Source of the DNA: Minisyncoccota bacterium | Lineage (GTDB): Bacteria > Patescibacteriota > Minisyncoccia > Phycocordibacterales > Phycocordibacteraceae | Assembly (NCBI GenBank): GCA_018062445.1 | Contig: JAGOSG010000003.1 | Coordinates: forward strand, 29,842 to 93,841 | DNA: 64,000 nt | Direction: 5' to 3' | Shown: in pieces, positions 47,606 to 57,598 of the stretch | How the letters are laid out: each line of letters begins with the position of its first letter | How positions within the stretch are numbered: position 1 is the stretch's first letter | The notes under the pieces: generated by a model | Databases searched by the model: none | Told to the model about the DNA's origin: nothing | What the model saw: only the letters and a program-made list of their open reading frames with translations | Position numbers and translations under genes: made by a program

Positions 47606-49342
47606 ATGATTGTTCCTGACGCACAATTAAAGACATTCATAATTGATTCTGGCTTAGTATCTCGTAAGGATTTTGAAGCTGCAGAGCGAGATGCAAAAGA
47701 CACAGGGCAACCGTTGAGTGACGCCCTCGTCTCGGGAGGAGTCTTGGGTGAAGACGAACTTCGTCGTATGCAGGCGCACATACTCGGCATTCCTTTTATA
47801 TCTCTTGCTGGCATAAAGATAGATTTTGAAGTTCTCTCGCTTATCCCTGAACCTATTGCCCGCAAGCATAATGTCATTGCTTACAAAAAAACTGCGGATG
47901 CATTGGAAGTTGCCATGCTCTATACCGGCGACTTAGAGCCACTTAATTTCATAAAAAAGAAAATTGGCTTAAAGATTTTGCCTCGACTTACTGACACGGC
48001 ATCTCTGAAAAGTGCACTGCTGCAGTATCAAAAATCCCTCAAGGAGGAGTTTGGCAATATTATTCAGGGCGCGTCACTTTCAATAGAAGATAATCCCTCC
48101 TTAGATACTGCTGGGTTAAAAAAACTTGCTGATGATCTGCCTGTTATAAAGGTGGTTGATACGCTTCTTCGACACGCAATTGTTCAGGGTGCATCTGACA
48201 TACACATTGAACCTTTGGAAGAAATGCTTCTAGTTCGTTATCGCATTGACGGGATACTCCATGACGCAATGGAGTTGCCAAAAAATATTTCAGCAGGAGT
48301 AACAGCACGTATTAAGGTTTTGGCCAATTTAAAACTTGATGAGAAACGTCTTCCGCAAGATGGGCGTTTTAAAATGGAAGCAGATAGAGAGCGAGTGTCC
48401 TTGCGTGTATCGGTGATGCCAACGTATTTTGGAGAAAAGACTGTGATGCGGTTACTTAGAGAAGGTGGTGGAGGTTTTACTCTCGAATCATTAGGTTTCC
48501 ATGGTGTTGCACTAGAGCGGATACATTCAGCCTCTAAGCAGTCGACAGGAATGATTTTGATGACGGGACCAACTGGCAGTGGAAAGACGACGACTCTCTA
48601 TACGATTTTGGATATTCTAAACACTCCTGATGTAAATATTTCTACCATTGAAGATCCTATCGAATATCAAATGCCTCGTGTAAACCAGACACAAGTGAGA
48701 GCCGACATTGGATTTACTTTCGCATCGGGACTCCGCTCACTTGTGCGTCAAGATCCCGACATAATAATGGTAGGAGAAATTCGCGACACTGAAACAGCAT
48801 CGCTCGCCATTAATGCAGCACTCACTGGACACCTCGTCCTTTCAACTTTGCACACTAACTCAGCTGCAGCGACTATCCCTCGGCTCATGGACATGGAAGC
48901 CGAGCCGTTTCTTCTCGTATCAACACTCCGTGTCATCGTTGGGCAGAGACTTGTTCGTCGTCTGGCATCGGACCGTACTGAATATATTCTTTCTGAAGAG
49001 GAAATTGCACAATTAAAATCTGCTGTAGATATTGATAGGGTGCTTGCTGTTTTGAAAGAAGAAAAACTCATTCCTAAAGAGGCAACTATTAAAGAAATTC
49101 CATTCTTTAAACCAAAAGAAAATGGCGTCTCCCCTGATGGATATTCGGGACGTATCGGTATACACGAAGTATTGCCAGTGACGCATGAAGTACGAGAGCT
49201 TATTCTCAAGCGAGTTTCGGCCGATGACATCGAGCTACAAGCAAAGCGCGAAGGTATGCTTACAATGGTTGAGGATGGTATTTTCAAGGCAGTTACCGGA
49301 GTTACAACCATTGAAGAAGTTCTCCGAGTTATATCTGAATAA
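47606..49342 (+). CDS. pilB: type IV pilus assembly ATPase PilB (GspE family)
   Basis: N-terminal GspII_E domain, Walker A GPTGSGKTTT, Asp and His boxes; 578 aa. Confidence 0.9.
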   Translation: MIVPDAQLKTFIIDSGLVSRKDFEAAERDAKDTGQPLSDALVSGGVLGEDELRRMQAHILGIPFISLAGIKIDFEVLSLIPEPIARKHNVIAYKKTADALEVAMLYTGDLEPLNFIKKKIGLKILPRLTDTASLKSALLQYQKSLKEEFGNIIQGASLSIEDNPSLDTAGLKKLADDLPVIKVVDTLLRHAIVQGASDIHIEPLEEMLLVRYRIDGILHDAMELPKNISAGVTARIKVLANLKLDEKRLPQDGRFKMEADRERVSLRVSVMPTYFGEKTVMRLLREGGGGFTLESLGFHGVALERIHSASKQSTGMILMTGPTGSGKTTTLYTILDILNTPDVNISTIEDPIEYQMPRVNQTQVRADIGFTFASGLRSLVRQDPDIIMVGEIRDTETASLAINAALTGHLVLSTLHTNSAAATIPRLMDMEAEPFLLVSTLRVIVGQRLVRRLASDRTEYILSEEEIAQLKSAVDIDRVLAVLKEEKLIPKEATIKEIPFFKPKENGVSPDGYSGRIGIHEVLPVTHEVRELILKRVSADDIELQAKREGMLTMVEDGIFKAVTGVTTIEEVLRVISE

Positions 49343-49406
49343 CTTAGGTACACATGGTGTACCAATTAGCACACTAAGAATTATTTTTTGACGTTATACT
49401 GAAAAA

Positions 49407-50621
49407 GTGAAATTCAAAGTTACAGCGATCACTCAGACTGGTGAAACGTATTCCGATATCGTTGACGGAGTTGATCGTTTTGCGGTGCACCACGATATAC
49501 GCGAGAGAGGTGACCGAGTACTGGAACTCAAAGAGGTGCGCGCGAACAACTTATTTTCACTCGACGCTATTCTAGAAATTTTTCACACTGTTTCACTTGA
49601 TGAAAAAGTAATTCTCACACGCAATCTTGCCACAATGGTTGAAGCGGGTTTAACTATTTCTCGCTCACTTGAGGTGGCAAAGAGGCAAACACGCAATACC
49701 CACTTGCAAGAAGTTTTGATCGAAATAATTACCAGTGTAAAGAAAGGAGAGTCTTTCTCTACCGCTCTTTCTGCATTTCCTAAAATGTTTACCTCCCTTT
49801 TGGTTTCCATGGTGCGCGCTGGAGAAGAATCGGGGAAATTGACCGAGTCATTGCGCGTCGCATCTATTCAAATGGAACGCGCATCTAATTTGCAGAAAAA
49901 AATTAAAAGCGCACTTATTTACCCGAGCATTGTTTTGAGTGCAATGGTTTGTATTGGTATACTGATGTTGATATATGTTGTTCCTACATTGTCAGGAACT
50001 TTTAGAGAGTTACATGCATCTCTACCCCCCACAACTCAATTCATAATTAGTGCCAGTGATTTTTTGATTCACAACACAGTGATTGCACTAGTGTTATTAG
50101 GGATTTTTATCTTTGTATTGCTTTCGGTGGTTCGATCAGCGAAGGGAAAAATTTTCTTGGACTGGTTTCTTTTAAAGGTTCCTATCATCGGTGGACTGAT
50201 CGTTGAAGTGAATGTTGCTCGTGCGACCCGCACACTCGCTTCATTGTTTTCATCGGGAGTCGATATGGTTTTGTCGGTCAAGATTACCCATGATGTGCTC
50301 GAGAATAGTCAGTATAAAAAGGTTTTTGTTGAAGCTGAGAAAAGTCTTACCGAAGGGTCGCCCCTCTCACTATCTCTCGCAAAACATCCTACTCTTTTCC
50401 CACCGTTGGTTGCTGAGATTGTTGCTGTGGGCGAAGAAACAGGGCGCTTGTCGAGCCTTCTTAAGGAAACCGCAGAATTTTATGAAGAATCGGTTGAGCG
50501 AAAAACAAAAGACCTCTCTACAGTTATTGAGCCATTTCTCATGGTTATTATTGGCGCTATGGTTGGTTTTTTTGCGATTTCGATGATTGCTCCTATCTAC
50601 TCGCTGTCGAGTCATATTTAA
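49407..50621 (+). CDS. pilC: type IV pilus inner-membrane platform protein PilC (GspF family)
   Basis: Two GspF repeats, 3 TM; 404 aa. Confidence 0.9.
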   Translation: MKFKVTAITQTGETYSDIVDGVDRFAVHHDIRERGDRVLELKEVRANNLFSLDAILEIFHTVSLDEKVILTRNLATMVEAGLTISRSLEVAKRQTRNTHLQEVLIEIITSVKKGESFSTALSAFPKMFTSLLVSMVRAGEESGKLTESLRVASIQMERASNLQKKIKSALIYPSIVLSAMVCIGILMLIYVVPTLSGTFRELHASLPPTTQFIISASDFLIHNTVIALVLLGIFIFVLLSVVRSAKGKIFLDWFLLKVPIIGGLIVEVNVARATRTLASLFSSGVDMVLSVKITHDVLENSQYKKVFVEAEKSLTEGSPLSLSLAKHPTLFPPLVAEIVAVGEETGRLSSLLKETAEFYEESVERKTKDLSTVIEPFLMVIIGAMVGFFAISMIAPIYSLSSHI

Positions 50622-50623
50622 AT

Positions 50624-50656
50624 GAGGTGTCAGCTTTCAGCTTTCAGCTTTCAGGG
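50624..50656. repeat. family A repeat copy (triple GCTTTCA)
   Basis: gaggtgtcagctttcagctttcagctttcaggg; between pilC stop and the pilin start. Confidence 0.6.
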
Positions 50657-50658
50657 AA

Positions 50659-51074
50659 TGCGGAAGAAGATTTCGCGAGGGATGACACTTATCGAGGTAG
50701 TTGTTGCAGTCTCTTTGATGCTTATAATTTTCTTGGGGTTTTTTGGTGCGTATGCTGCATCCGCTACATTAGTGCAAAGTATCGCGTCGCGGACAAATGC
50801 GAGTGCGCTTATTGCAGGCACTATCGAATATGCGAGAGGGCTTCCCTATGTGAGCGTCGGGGTTGTTGGCGGTGCCCCCCCGGGAGTTTTGGTGTCCACT
50901 GAATCACGAGTTGTTAATAATATTCTGTACACGCTTCGAACAGTGGTGACATATAAGGATGATCCAGCGAATGGCGCAGGTGCGGGCGATTATAAGGTAG
51001 TAAAAGTTGAGGCAAGTTGGAATATACGCGGATTTTCACACAGCATGTCTGCGGTTACCTATGTTGCACCATAA
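50659..51074 (+). CDS. prepilin-type N-terminal cleavage/methylation domain protein (pilin/pseudopilin)
   Basis: KKISRG|MTLIEVVVAVSLMLI class III signal with E+5; start taken at Met downstream of the family A repeat. Confidence 0.75.
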
Positions 51075-51146
51075 AAACAACACAGAGCGAGCATGACCCC
51101 GTTGTGAATTTTTGCCATAGAATAAGGAAAGGCTCAGTACTTTGAG

Positions 51147-51788
51147 ATGACACATATGATCAAGAAACATTCACAATCACGCATTCTGCTCGCAAGGCGA
51201 GCATGGCAAAAATCTACAACAGGGATGAGTTTGATAGAGGTTTTGGTGACCCTCGCGGTCGTTTCATTGATTATGGTGAGTGCATCAAATTCGGTATTGG
51301 CGCTCTACAAAACAAACAACACAGGGACTCGCGCCCTAACGCAAATTAGCAGCGCTCGGTCTGCGCTCACGGCATTGATGACGGACTTGCGGAGCGTGGC
51401 GTATGGCAATGGCGGTTCGTATCCAATTGTGTCGATGTCTGCTTCGTCATTAACTTTTTTTAGTAACATTCCAAACAGCACTGGAGCTACGCGTTTTCAA
51501 TATCAAATTAATGGAACAACACTTTCTCGGAGCCAAGTGAGCGCAGGTACTCCGCCAACATACAGTGGTGTTCCAGTGAGTGAGTCGCTAGTCACATACA
51601 TACGGAGCGGCGCTGGCTCTGCGGCACTTTTCCGCTATTACGATCGCAACGGTATTGAAGTTACTGATATGAATCGAGTAACTGATGTAGCGTCAATACT
51701 GGTTTCTATTGATGTACTTGCTCCGGGAATGAGTACACCGTTTATACTTACTGCCACTACCACGCTTCGTAATTTAAAAACACCATGA
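51147..51788 (+). CDS. prepilin-type N-terminal domain protein (minor pilin)
   Basis: TTG|MSLIEVLVTLAVVSLIM with E+5. Confidence 0.7.
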   Translation: MTHMIKKHSQSRILLARRAWQKSTTGMSLIEVLVTLAVVSLIMVSASNSVLALYKTNNTGTRALTQISSARSALTALMTDLRSVAYGNGGSYPIVSMSASSLTFFSNIPNSTGATRFQYQINGTTLSRSQVSAGTPPTYSGVPVSESLVTYIRSGAGSAALFRYYDRNGIEVTDMNRVTDVASILVSIDVLAPGMSTPFILTATTTLRNLKTP

Positions 51789-53011
51789 AGAAGGTTCCAG
51801 GTTCCTACTCCAAAAGTGCGGGAGGGTTTATGACCGTTTTTGTACTTATTGCTTCTGCCGTTTTTTTCTTTCTGCTCTCTGATTTTATGAGTGCGCTCAC
51901 ACTTGAGAGAACTAAGGAGCGCTTTGGGTCCGAGACTGACAAAGCATTCAGTATTTCTGAGGCAGGCCTTGAATACTATCGATGGCATTTCGCAGAATTT
52001 CCTGCCGATGTACAAGATGGTACTGGTTCGTCGGGGCCATATGTACATGCGGTTTTGGATCCAGAAAGCGGAGCTACTGTCGGGAATTTTTCTCTCGCTA
52101 TCTCAGGCATTACTTCCTGCGGGGTGCTCACCTCTGCAACCGTACGTTCGACTGGTTGGGCATTAGAAAATGCGTCACACACAAAAACACTTATTGCTCA
52201 GTATGGGACGGAGACGTTGGCGGCATCAACAAGTCCAGCAAAGTCTGATGGGGCAGTGATTAATACCACCCTCACAAACTTAAAAACATATGCACAAACA
52301 TCGGGGGTATATCTTGCGCCTGCATCGGGTGGAGCATATGGATACAAAATTGTTTTCAAGTCGAACGGGACATTTGATGCGAGTCCGGTGACTGCAGTTA
52401 CTGAGATAATGGGATATTCAGATGATGAAGGTTGGGAGGAAGAAAACACAATAATTACTTCAATTGGCGCCACCATAAATTACGCCATACCTGCAGGATG
52501 TCCCGTTGTCTTTGTAGAAGATTCTGTTTGGCTTGAGGGGGTCGTGTCTGGAAAGGTTACATTCGCCGCTGCAAATATGGCGAGCCCCAGTATTAAGCCA
52601 GACATTATTATTACTGGAAATATTACCTATGCGCATGCATATGATGATGGGTTGACTGCAATTGCTGAGCGATCAGTATTGATTTCACTCCAATCACCCG
52701 ATGTGTTGCAGATGAATGGTGTTTTCGTGGCAGGCACTGGCCATTTTGGGCGACATCGCTATGATTCCTCGGGTACGCACGCTGTTCCTACTGGCCTGCA
52801 GTCATATGTACTTCGTTCCACGCTAAATACCTTCGGTACATTTGCATCGCCTGGTACTGTTGAAACAAAATGGACATCCTCTGGCGCGTTTATTTCGGGC
52901 TATAGCACTCGGACAGATGTCCACGATGCTCTCTTGGCACAACTGCCACCACCATTCACTCCAGCAATAGCCAGTGGATTTCGTATTATTGATTGGCGTA
53001 CGCAGGACTAG
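51785..53011 (+). CDS. putative minor pilin / PilX-GspK-like pilus protein
   Basis: N-terminal hydrophobic segment AGG|FMTVFVLIASAVFFFLL without E+5; 4-nt overlap with the preceding pilin gene. Confidence 0.45.
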   Translation: MKKVPGSYSKSAGGFMTVFVLIASAVFFFLLSDFMSALTLERTKERFGSETDKAFSISEAGLEYYRWHFAEFPADVQDGTGSSGPYVHAVLDPESGATVGNFSLAISGITSCGVLTSATVRSTGWALENASHTKTLIAQYGTETLAASTSPAKSDGAVINTTLTNLKTYAQTSGVYLAPASGGAYGYKIVFKSNGTFDASPVTAVTEIMGYSDDEGWEEENTIITSIGATINYAIPAGCPVVFVEDSVWLEGVVSGKVTFAAANMASPSIKPDIIITGNITYAHAYDDGLTAIAERSVLISLQSPDVLQMNGVFVAGTGHFGRHRYDSSGTHAVPTGLQSYVLRSTLNTFGTFASPGTVETKWTSSGAFISGYSTRTDVHDALLAQLPPPFTPAIASGFRIIDWRTQD

Positions 53012-53012
53012 C

Positions 53013-53090
53013 TACTAGTAGGGGTTAGGGTTTAGAGATTAGCGTTTAGGGAAAATTCCAATTCAAAGCTCTTTCCTAAACCCTTCTCAA
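53013..53090. repeat. family B motifs in both orientations upstream of tpiA
   Basis: ggggttagggtttagagattagcgtttaggg ... ctttcctaaaccc. Confidence 0.5.
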
Positions 53091-53108
53091 ACATGTTACG
53101 ATTTCTCA

Positions 53109-53861
53109 ATGAAGAAATTGATTGTGGGGAATTGGAAACTCTATGTGAGTACTCCTGCCGAAGGGAAAAAGCTTATTCGGGACATTGATAAAAAATTGCC
53201 ACGTGGACTGAAAGTAGAAGTGGCTCTTTGCCCTCAGGTGTCGCTCGCGCCACTTTTGAAGAGTAGTTACGGCGGAAAGCGTATAGCCTTTGGTACTCAG
53301 GATGTTTTTTTCGAAGAGGGCGGGGCTCACACGGGGCAGACTTCACCGAAGGCTCTCGTTTCGTCGGGAATTAAATATGTGATTATTGGGCATGCTGAGC
53401 GACGTCGAGAGGGAGATACCGACGACATTGTTGCAAAGAAAGCGATCACTGCAATTAAGGCAAAATTACATCCCGTTATTTGTGTTGGGGAGCCTACGCG
53501 AGACACTGAAGGTGCGTATCTCACCTACTTAACTAACAACGTAGTGTCTTCACTCTCGCGTATTAATGCAGTAGACGCTTCGAAATTTACGATAGCGTAT
53601 GATCCACTTTGGGCGATTGGTGCCACGGAGGCTCCATCTCCTCGTATTGTTGCAGAGGCAGTGATGTTTATCCGCAAGACCATCGCAGATATGTGGGGAC
53701 GAGAGAGCGCGCTTAAGGTGCGCATCATCTATGGGGGATCAGTCAATGCAGAAAGTGCCGCATTGTTTGCGGCAACTCCCGGCATACAAGGACTTCTTCC
53801 TGGGCGTGCAAGTGTTAATGCTGAAGAATTTACAAATATTGTTCGCGCATTTCAAAAATAA
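53109..53861 (+). CDS. tpiA: triosephosphate isomerase
   Basis: GNWK, IIGHAERR, YGGSV motifs. Confidence 0.9.
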   Translation: MKKLIVGNWKLYVSTPAEGKKLIRDIDKKLPRGLKVEVALCPQVSLAPLLKSSYGGKRIAFGTQDVFFEEGGAHTGQTSPKALVSSGIKYVIIGHAERRREGDTDDIVAKKAITAIKAKLHPVICVGEPTRDTEGAYLTYLTNNVVSSLSRINAVDASKFTIAYDPLWAIGATEAPSPRIVAEAVMFIRKTIADMWGRESALKVRIIYGGSVNAESAALFAATPGIQGLLPGRASVNAEEFTNIVRAFQK

Positions 53862-53872
53862 TTATTACTCAC

Positions 53873-54991
53873 ATGCGTTCCATTGAAGAATGTACTGATT
53901 TAAAGGGTGCGCGCGTATTACTCCGAGCATCTCTGAATGCTCCGATTGTGAATGGCGTAGTTTCTGATGGTATTCGTATTGATAGAGCACTCCGAACAAT
54001 TAATTTTCTTATTGCAAAAGGTGCGCGTATCGTACTCGCAAGTCACATGAGTGACTCCGCTGGTTCATTATTCCCGGTTTATGAATATTTAAAAGAAAAA
54101 GTTTCTCTTACTTTTGTTAATGATATTGTGGGAAACATTGCGCAAGACGCCGTGGGGTCACTCAAGGATGGGGAGATAGTTCTTCTCGAAAATCTCCGTC
54201 GTAATGCTGGAGATAAAACAAATGATCCCGCGTTTGCCAAGAGTCTTGCATCCCTCGCTGATATTTTTGTAAATGATGATTTTCCCGTATCGCATCGTTC
54301 GCATGCTTCTGTTGTCGGTGTGGCAGAACTTTTACCAGCATACGCAGGTTTGCAGTTTCTCGATGAAGTTGCAGGCCTTACGCCCGCACTCACCCCTAAC
54401 AGCCCATCGCTTGCAATAGTTGGTGGTGCGAAACTTGCCACGAAGGTTGCATTAATAGAGACATTGCTTAAAAAATATGACTCCGTGTTTGTTGGTGGGG
54501 CTATTGCCAATGATTTTTTCAAAGCAAAAGGATACGAAGTGGGATTGTCTCTTGTGTCGGGAAATGATACCGCCAAGACCATGCTTGGTAATTCAAAAAT
54601 AATTCTTCCGGAGTTCGTCACAGTAGAAGGGCCCAATGGACGACGAGACATCCTTGCGAGCGAGGTTGGGGCAGACGAAGCTATTTTAGATATTGCCCCC
54701 GCATCTGTTCAAGCACTCCAACCTATTATTAATGCATCACATTCAATACTGTGGAATGGTCCGATGGGAAATTTTGAAAAAGGATTTACCGCAGGAACGG
54801 ACGCACTTGCCGCTGCCATTGCTGGGTCATCTGCAGAATCTATCGTTGGTGGAGGAGATACGCTTTCATCAATTCAAAACCTCGGACTCATGGACAAGTT
54901 CACCTTCGTTTCAACCGCAGGTGGTGCGATGTTGGATTTTCTTGCAAACGGAACACTGCCTGGGATTGAAGCGATTGAGAAAAATTCTTAG
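53873..54991 (+). CDS. pgk: phosphoglycerate kinase
   Basis: RxxLNxP N-terminus; nucleotide-binding GGGAxxxD-like region GGGDTLS. Confidence 0.9.
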   Translation: MRSIEECTDLKGARVLLRASLNAPIVNGVVSDGIRIDRALRTINFLIAKGARIVLASHMSDSAGSLFPVYEYLKEKVSLTFVNDIVGNIAQDAVGSLKDGEIVLLENLRRNAGDKTNDPAFAKSLASLADIFVNDDFPVSHRSHASVVGVAELLPAYAGLQFLDEVAGLTPALTPNSPSLAIVGGAKLATKVALIETLLKKYDSVFVGGAIANDFFKAKGYEVGLSLVSGNDTAKTMLGNSKIILPEFVTVEGPNGRRDILASEVGADEAILDIAPASVQALQPIINASHSILWNGPMGNFEKGFTAGTDALAAAIAGSSAESIVGGGDTLSSIQNLGLMDKFTFVSTAGGAMLDFLANGTLPGIEAIEKNS

Positions 54992-55401
54992 TTTAAAATA
55001 CTCCGTATTTTCTCCGCAACAATTTTCGCTTCGCCTTCTTTGTATTCAGTTCCTACCCATGGCTTGTGGAAGTCACCTTCAATGCGGGGAATGATGTGTA
55101 TGTGTGCGTGGAAGACGAGCTGGTGTGCAGCAGGTTCGTTATTCATTGCGAGGTTAATGCCATCTGCTCCGACAGCTTCTTTTATTTTAGGTCCAAGATA
55201 GTGCACAGTTTTCATTACTTCCAGCCAAACACCGATCGGCATGTCCAGCATGTTTCTGTAGTGAGTTTTTGGAACCACAAGTGTGTGGCCTGCATTGTTG
55301 GGACGAATATCAAGAAATGCGAACGTGTGTTCATTTTCAAATATAATTTCCGCAGGAATTTCTCTCGCAACGATTCTACAGAAAAGACAATCGGTTTCCA
55401 T
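54988..55401 (-). CDS. HIT family (histidine triad) hydrolase
   Basis: CLFCRI...HxHxHxx triad HAHIHIIPR; start taken at internal Met (METDCLFC). Confidence 0.8.
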   Translation of the reverse strand: METDCLFCRIVAREIPAEIIFENEHTFAFLDIRPNNAGHTLVVPKTHYRNMLDMPIGVWLEVMKTVHYLGPKIKEAVGADGINLAMNNEPAAHQLVFHAHIHIIPRIEGDFHKPWVGTEYKEGEAKIVAEKIRSILN

Positions 55402-55426
55402 ATGTGAAAATGGTATCATGCCCTGA

Positions 55427-57088
55427 ATGCAGATACTCCACCCATTAGTCGAGCGAATTTTAGAGAACAGGAAGATTACAGACAAAGAATTGTTTTTGAA
55501 TCCTCTCTACGATGCTCGTCATGACCCGTTTCTTTTGAAGGGAATGGATGTCGCGGTAGCTCGCATTCTTGACGCAATAAAAAAGAAAGAAAAGATTTGT
55601 GTTTGGCATGACTACGATTGCGATGGTATTCCAGGAGGAGCACTCCTCTTTGATTTTTTTCGTCGCATTGGATATGAAATAGAAACATATGTACCCGAGC
55701 GGAGCGAAGGATATGGTTTGAATGTTCCCGGCATTGATTCTCTGAAAGAAAAAGGAATCTCTCTCATCATCACTGTTGATTGTGGAATCACTGATGTTAG
55801 AGAGGTGGCTCATGCAAGCGCTGTTGGAATTGAAACAATTGTCACTGACCACCATCTTCCACAGGCAACACTTCCACCGGCACTTGCAGTTATCAATGCA
55901 CACCAAGCAGACGACGTGTATCCATTCAAGGGACTTTGTGGCACGGGAGTTGCATTTAAGTTAGTTGAGGCTTTGATTCAAAAAGGTTCGTTTGATATTC
56001 AGGAAGGCTCGGAGAAATGGCTTTTGGATTTAGTCGCTGTTGCAACGGTTGCGGACATGGTTCCACTAACCGGAGAAAATAGAACACTCGTAAAATTTGG
56101 ACTTACGGTTTTGAGAAAAGGCAGGCGTCCTGGACTCAAAGCGCTTCTTGAAGCTGAACGAATACCCCTGATGACCGCTCTAGAAGATGACATAGCTTTT
56201 TCTATCGCACCAAAAATAAATGCAGCATCGCGCATGAAAAGTCCCAAGCTTTCTTTTGAACTGTTAACCACTGAATCAGATTCGCGAGCGCGCGAAATTG
56301 CCAAAGAGTTGGTGCAGTTAAATCAGGAACGAAAAATTGAAGGAATGCGTGTGGCGAAAGATGTAAAGAAGCGCATGGAAATGACACCCACATCGGACTC
56401 CGTGATTGTGATGGGGAGTCAGTCGTGGAGGCCGTCACTTTTAGGAATTGCTGCAACGAGTGTTGTTGAAACGTATCAACGAACAGTGTGTTTGTGGGGA
56501 ATGGATGGAGGATTAATTAAAGGCTCATGCAGGTCAAATGGCACGGTGAACATTGTTTCTTTAATGGTGGAAGCCAAAGACGCATTTTTGGATTTTGGCG
56601 GACATGAACTTGCGGGCGGTTTTTCTGTCTCGCCTGAAAAAATTCATGATCTACCATTAAAGCTTCAACAAGCGCTTGAACTAATTACAGCAAGAGGGGG
56701 TGAGGAGATAGATTCGGGTGGCAGGAATAAAGGAATAGTGGAAAGCTCGCTCACCCTTGCCGAAGTAAATGATGTTGCGTTCGATGCACTCCGCTCACTT
56801 GGCCCATTCGGGATGGAGAACCCCAAACCATTTTTTCGGTTTCACGATGTTTCAATTATTGGAATTAATTATTTTGGTAAAGCAAAGGATCACCTCCGAC
56901 TTACTCTCGCTGATGATTCAGGTAGGAAGGCCGATGCGATAGTCTTTTTCGTTCCACGCTCTCTATTTAAGGAGAAACTGGGTCTTCTTTCAGTTGGTGA
57001 TGTTTGCACCATTGAAGCCTCTGTGGAACGCTCTTACTTTGCAGGTAGGAAGGAGCTCAGATTGCGGGTAGAGAATGTGATTGTCTAG
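55427..57088 (+). CDS. recJ: single-stranded-DNA-specific exonuclease RecJ
   Basis: DHH motifs (HDYDCDGI, TDHH), DHHA1 domain (GGHELAGG). Confidence 0.9.
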   Translation: MQILHPLVERILENRKITDKELFLNPLYDARHDPFLLKGMDVAVARILDAIKKKEKICVWHDYDCDGIPGGALLFDFFRRIGYEIETYVPERSEGYGLNVPGIDSLKEKGISLIITVDCGITDVREVAHASAVGIETIVTDHHLPQATLPPALAVINAHQADDVYPFKGLCGTGVAFKLVEALIQKGSFDIQEGSEKWLLDLVAVATVADMVPLTGENRTLVKFGLTVLRKGRRPGLKALLEAERIPLMTALEDDIAFSIAPKINAASRMKSPKLSFELLTTESDSRAREIAKELVQLNQERKIEGMRVAKDVKKRMEMTPTSDSVIVMGSQSWRPSLLGIAATSVVETYQRTVCLWGMDGGLIKGSCRSNGTVNIVSLMVEAKDAFLDFGGHELAGGFSVSPEKIHDLPLKLQQALELITARGGEEIDSGGRNKGIVESSLTLAEVNDVAFDALRSLGPFGMENPKPFFRFHDVSIIGINYFGKAKDHLRLTLADDSGRKADAIVFFVPRSLFKEKLGLLSVGDVCTIEASVERSYFAGRKELRLRVENVIV

Positions 57089-57138
57089 CGTAAGGTGTCT
57101 GCAGAAATTTTGATTGAGGTATACGATACAATACCCAA

Positions 57139-57558
57139 ATGTCGCACATAATTATTTATACTGATGGAGGTTCGCGAGGTAATCCAGGACCGTCAGGGGC
57201 TGGCGCTGTCGTCAAAGATTTGAAAGGGAAGAATGCGGCGAGCATCTCGGCTTTTTTAGGTACGCGCACTAATAATTGGGCAGAGTATGAGGCGCTTATT
57301 TTGGCACTTCGTGCAACGGTTGATTCGTTTGGAACGCCAGTGCCACATCCTGTGATTGTGAGAATGGATTCAGAATTAATTGTTCGTCAGATGAAAGGGG
57401 AGTACAAAGTGAAGCATCCGGTACTTAAAGAACAACACACAAAAGTGCGTGTACTCATTGCAGAATCATTTCCTCAGATAAAATTTATGCACATACCGCG
57501 CGAAGAAAATAGCGAAGCGGACGCTCTTGCAAACGAAGCAATGGATCGAGGGGTTTGA
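57139..57558 (+). CDS. rnhA: ribonuclease HI
   Basis: IYTDGGSRGNPGPSGAG..; catalytic D/E/D pattern; 139 aa. Confidence 0.85.
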   Translation: MSHIIIYTDGGSRGNPGPSGAGAVVKDLKGKNAASISAFLGTRTNNWAEYEALILALRATVDSFGTPVPHPVIVRMDSELIVRQMKGEYKVKHPVLKEQHTKVRVLIAESFPQIKFMHIPREENSEADALANEAMDRGV

Positions 57559-57598
57559 TTGTCAGTATGTCTTTATTTTTCTCTCCTAAAAACTCTGT

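Noticed and set aside
53013-53040. Plant-telomere-like GGGTTTAGGG repeats
   Set aside because: Short, degenerate, intergenic and orientation-mixed. Interpreted as members of the family B leader motif rather than telomeric or eukaryotic contamination. Flanking genes are clearly bacterial.
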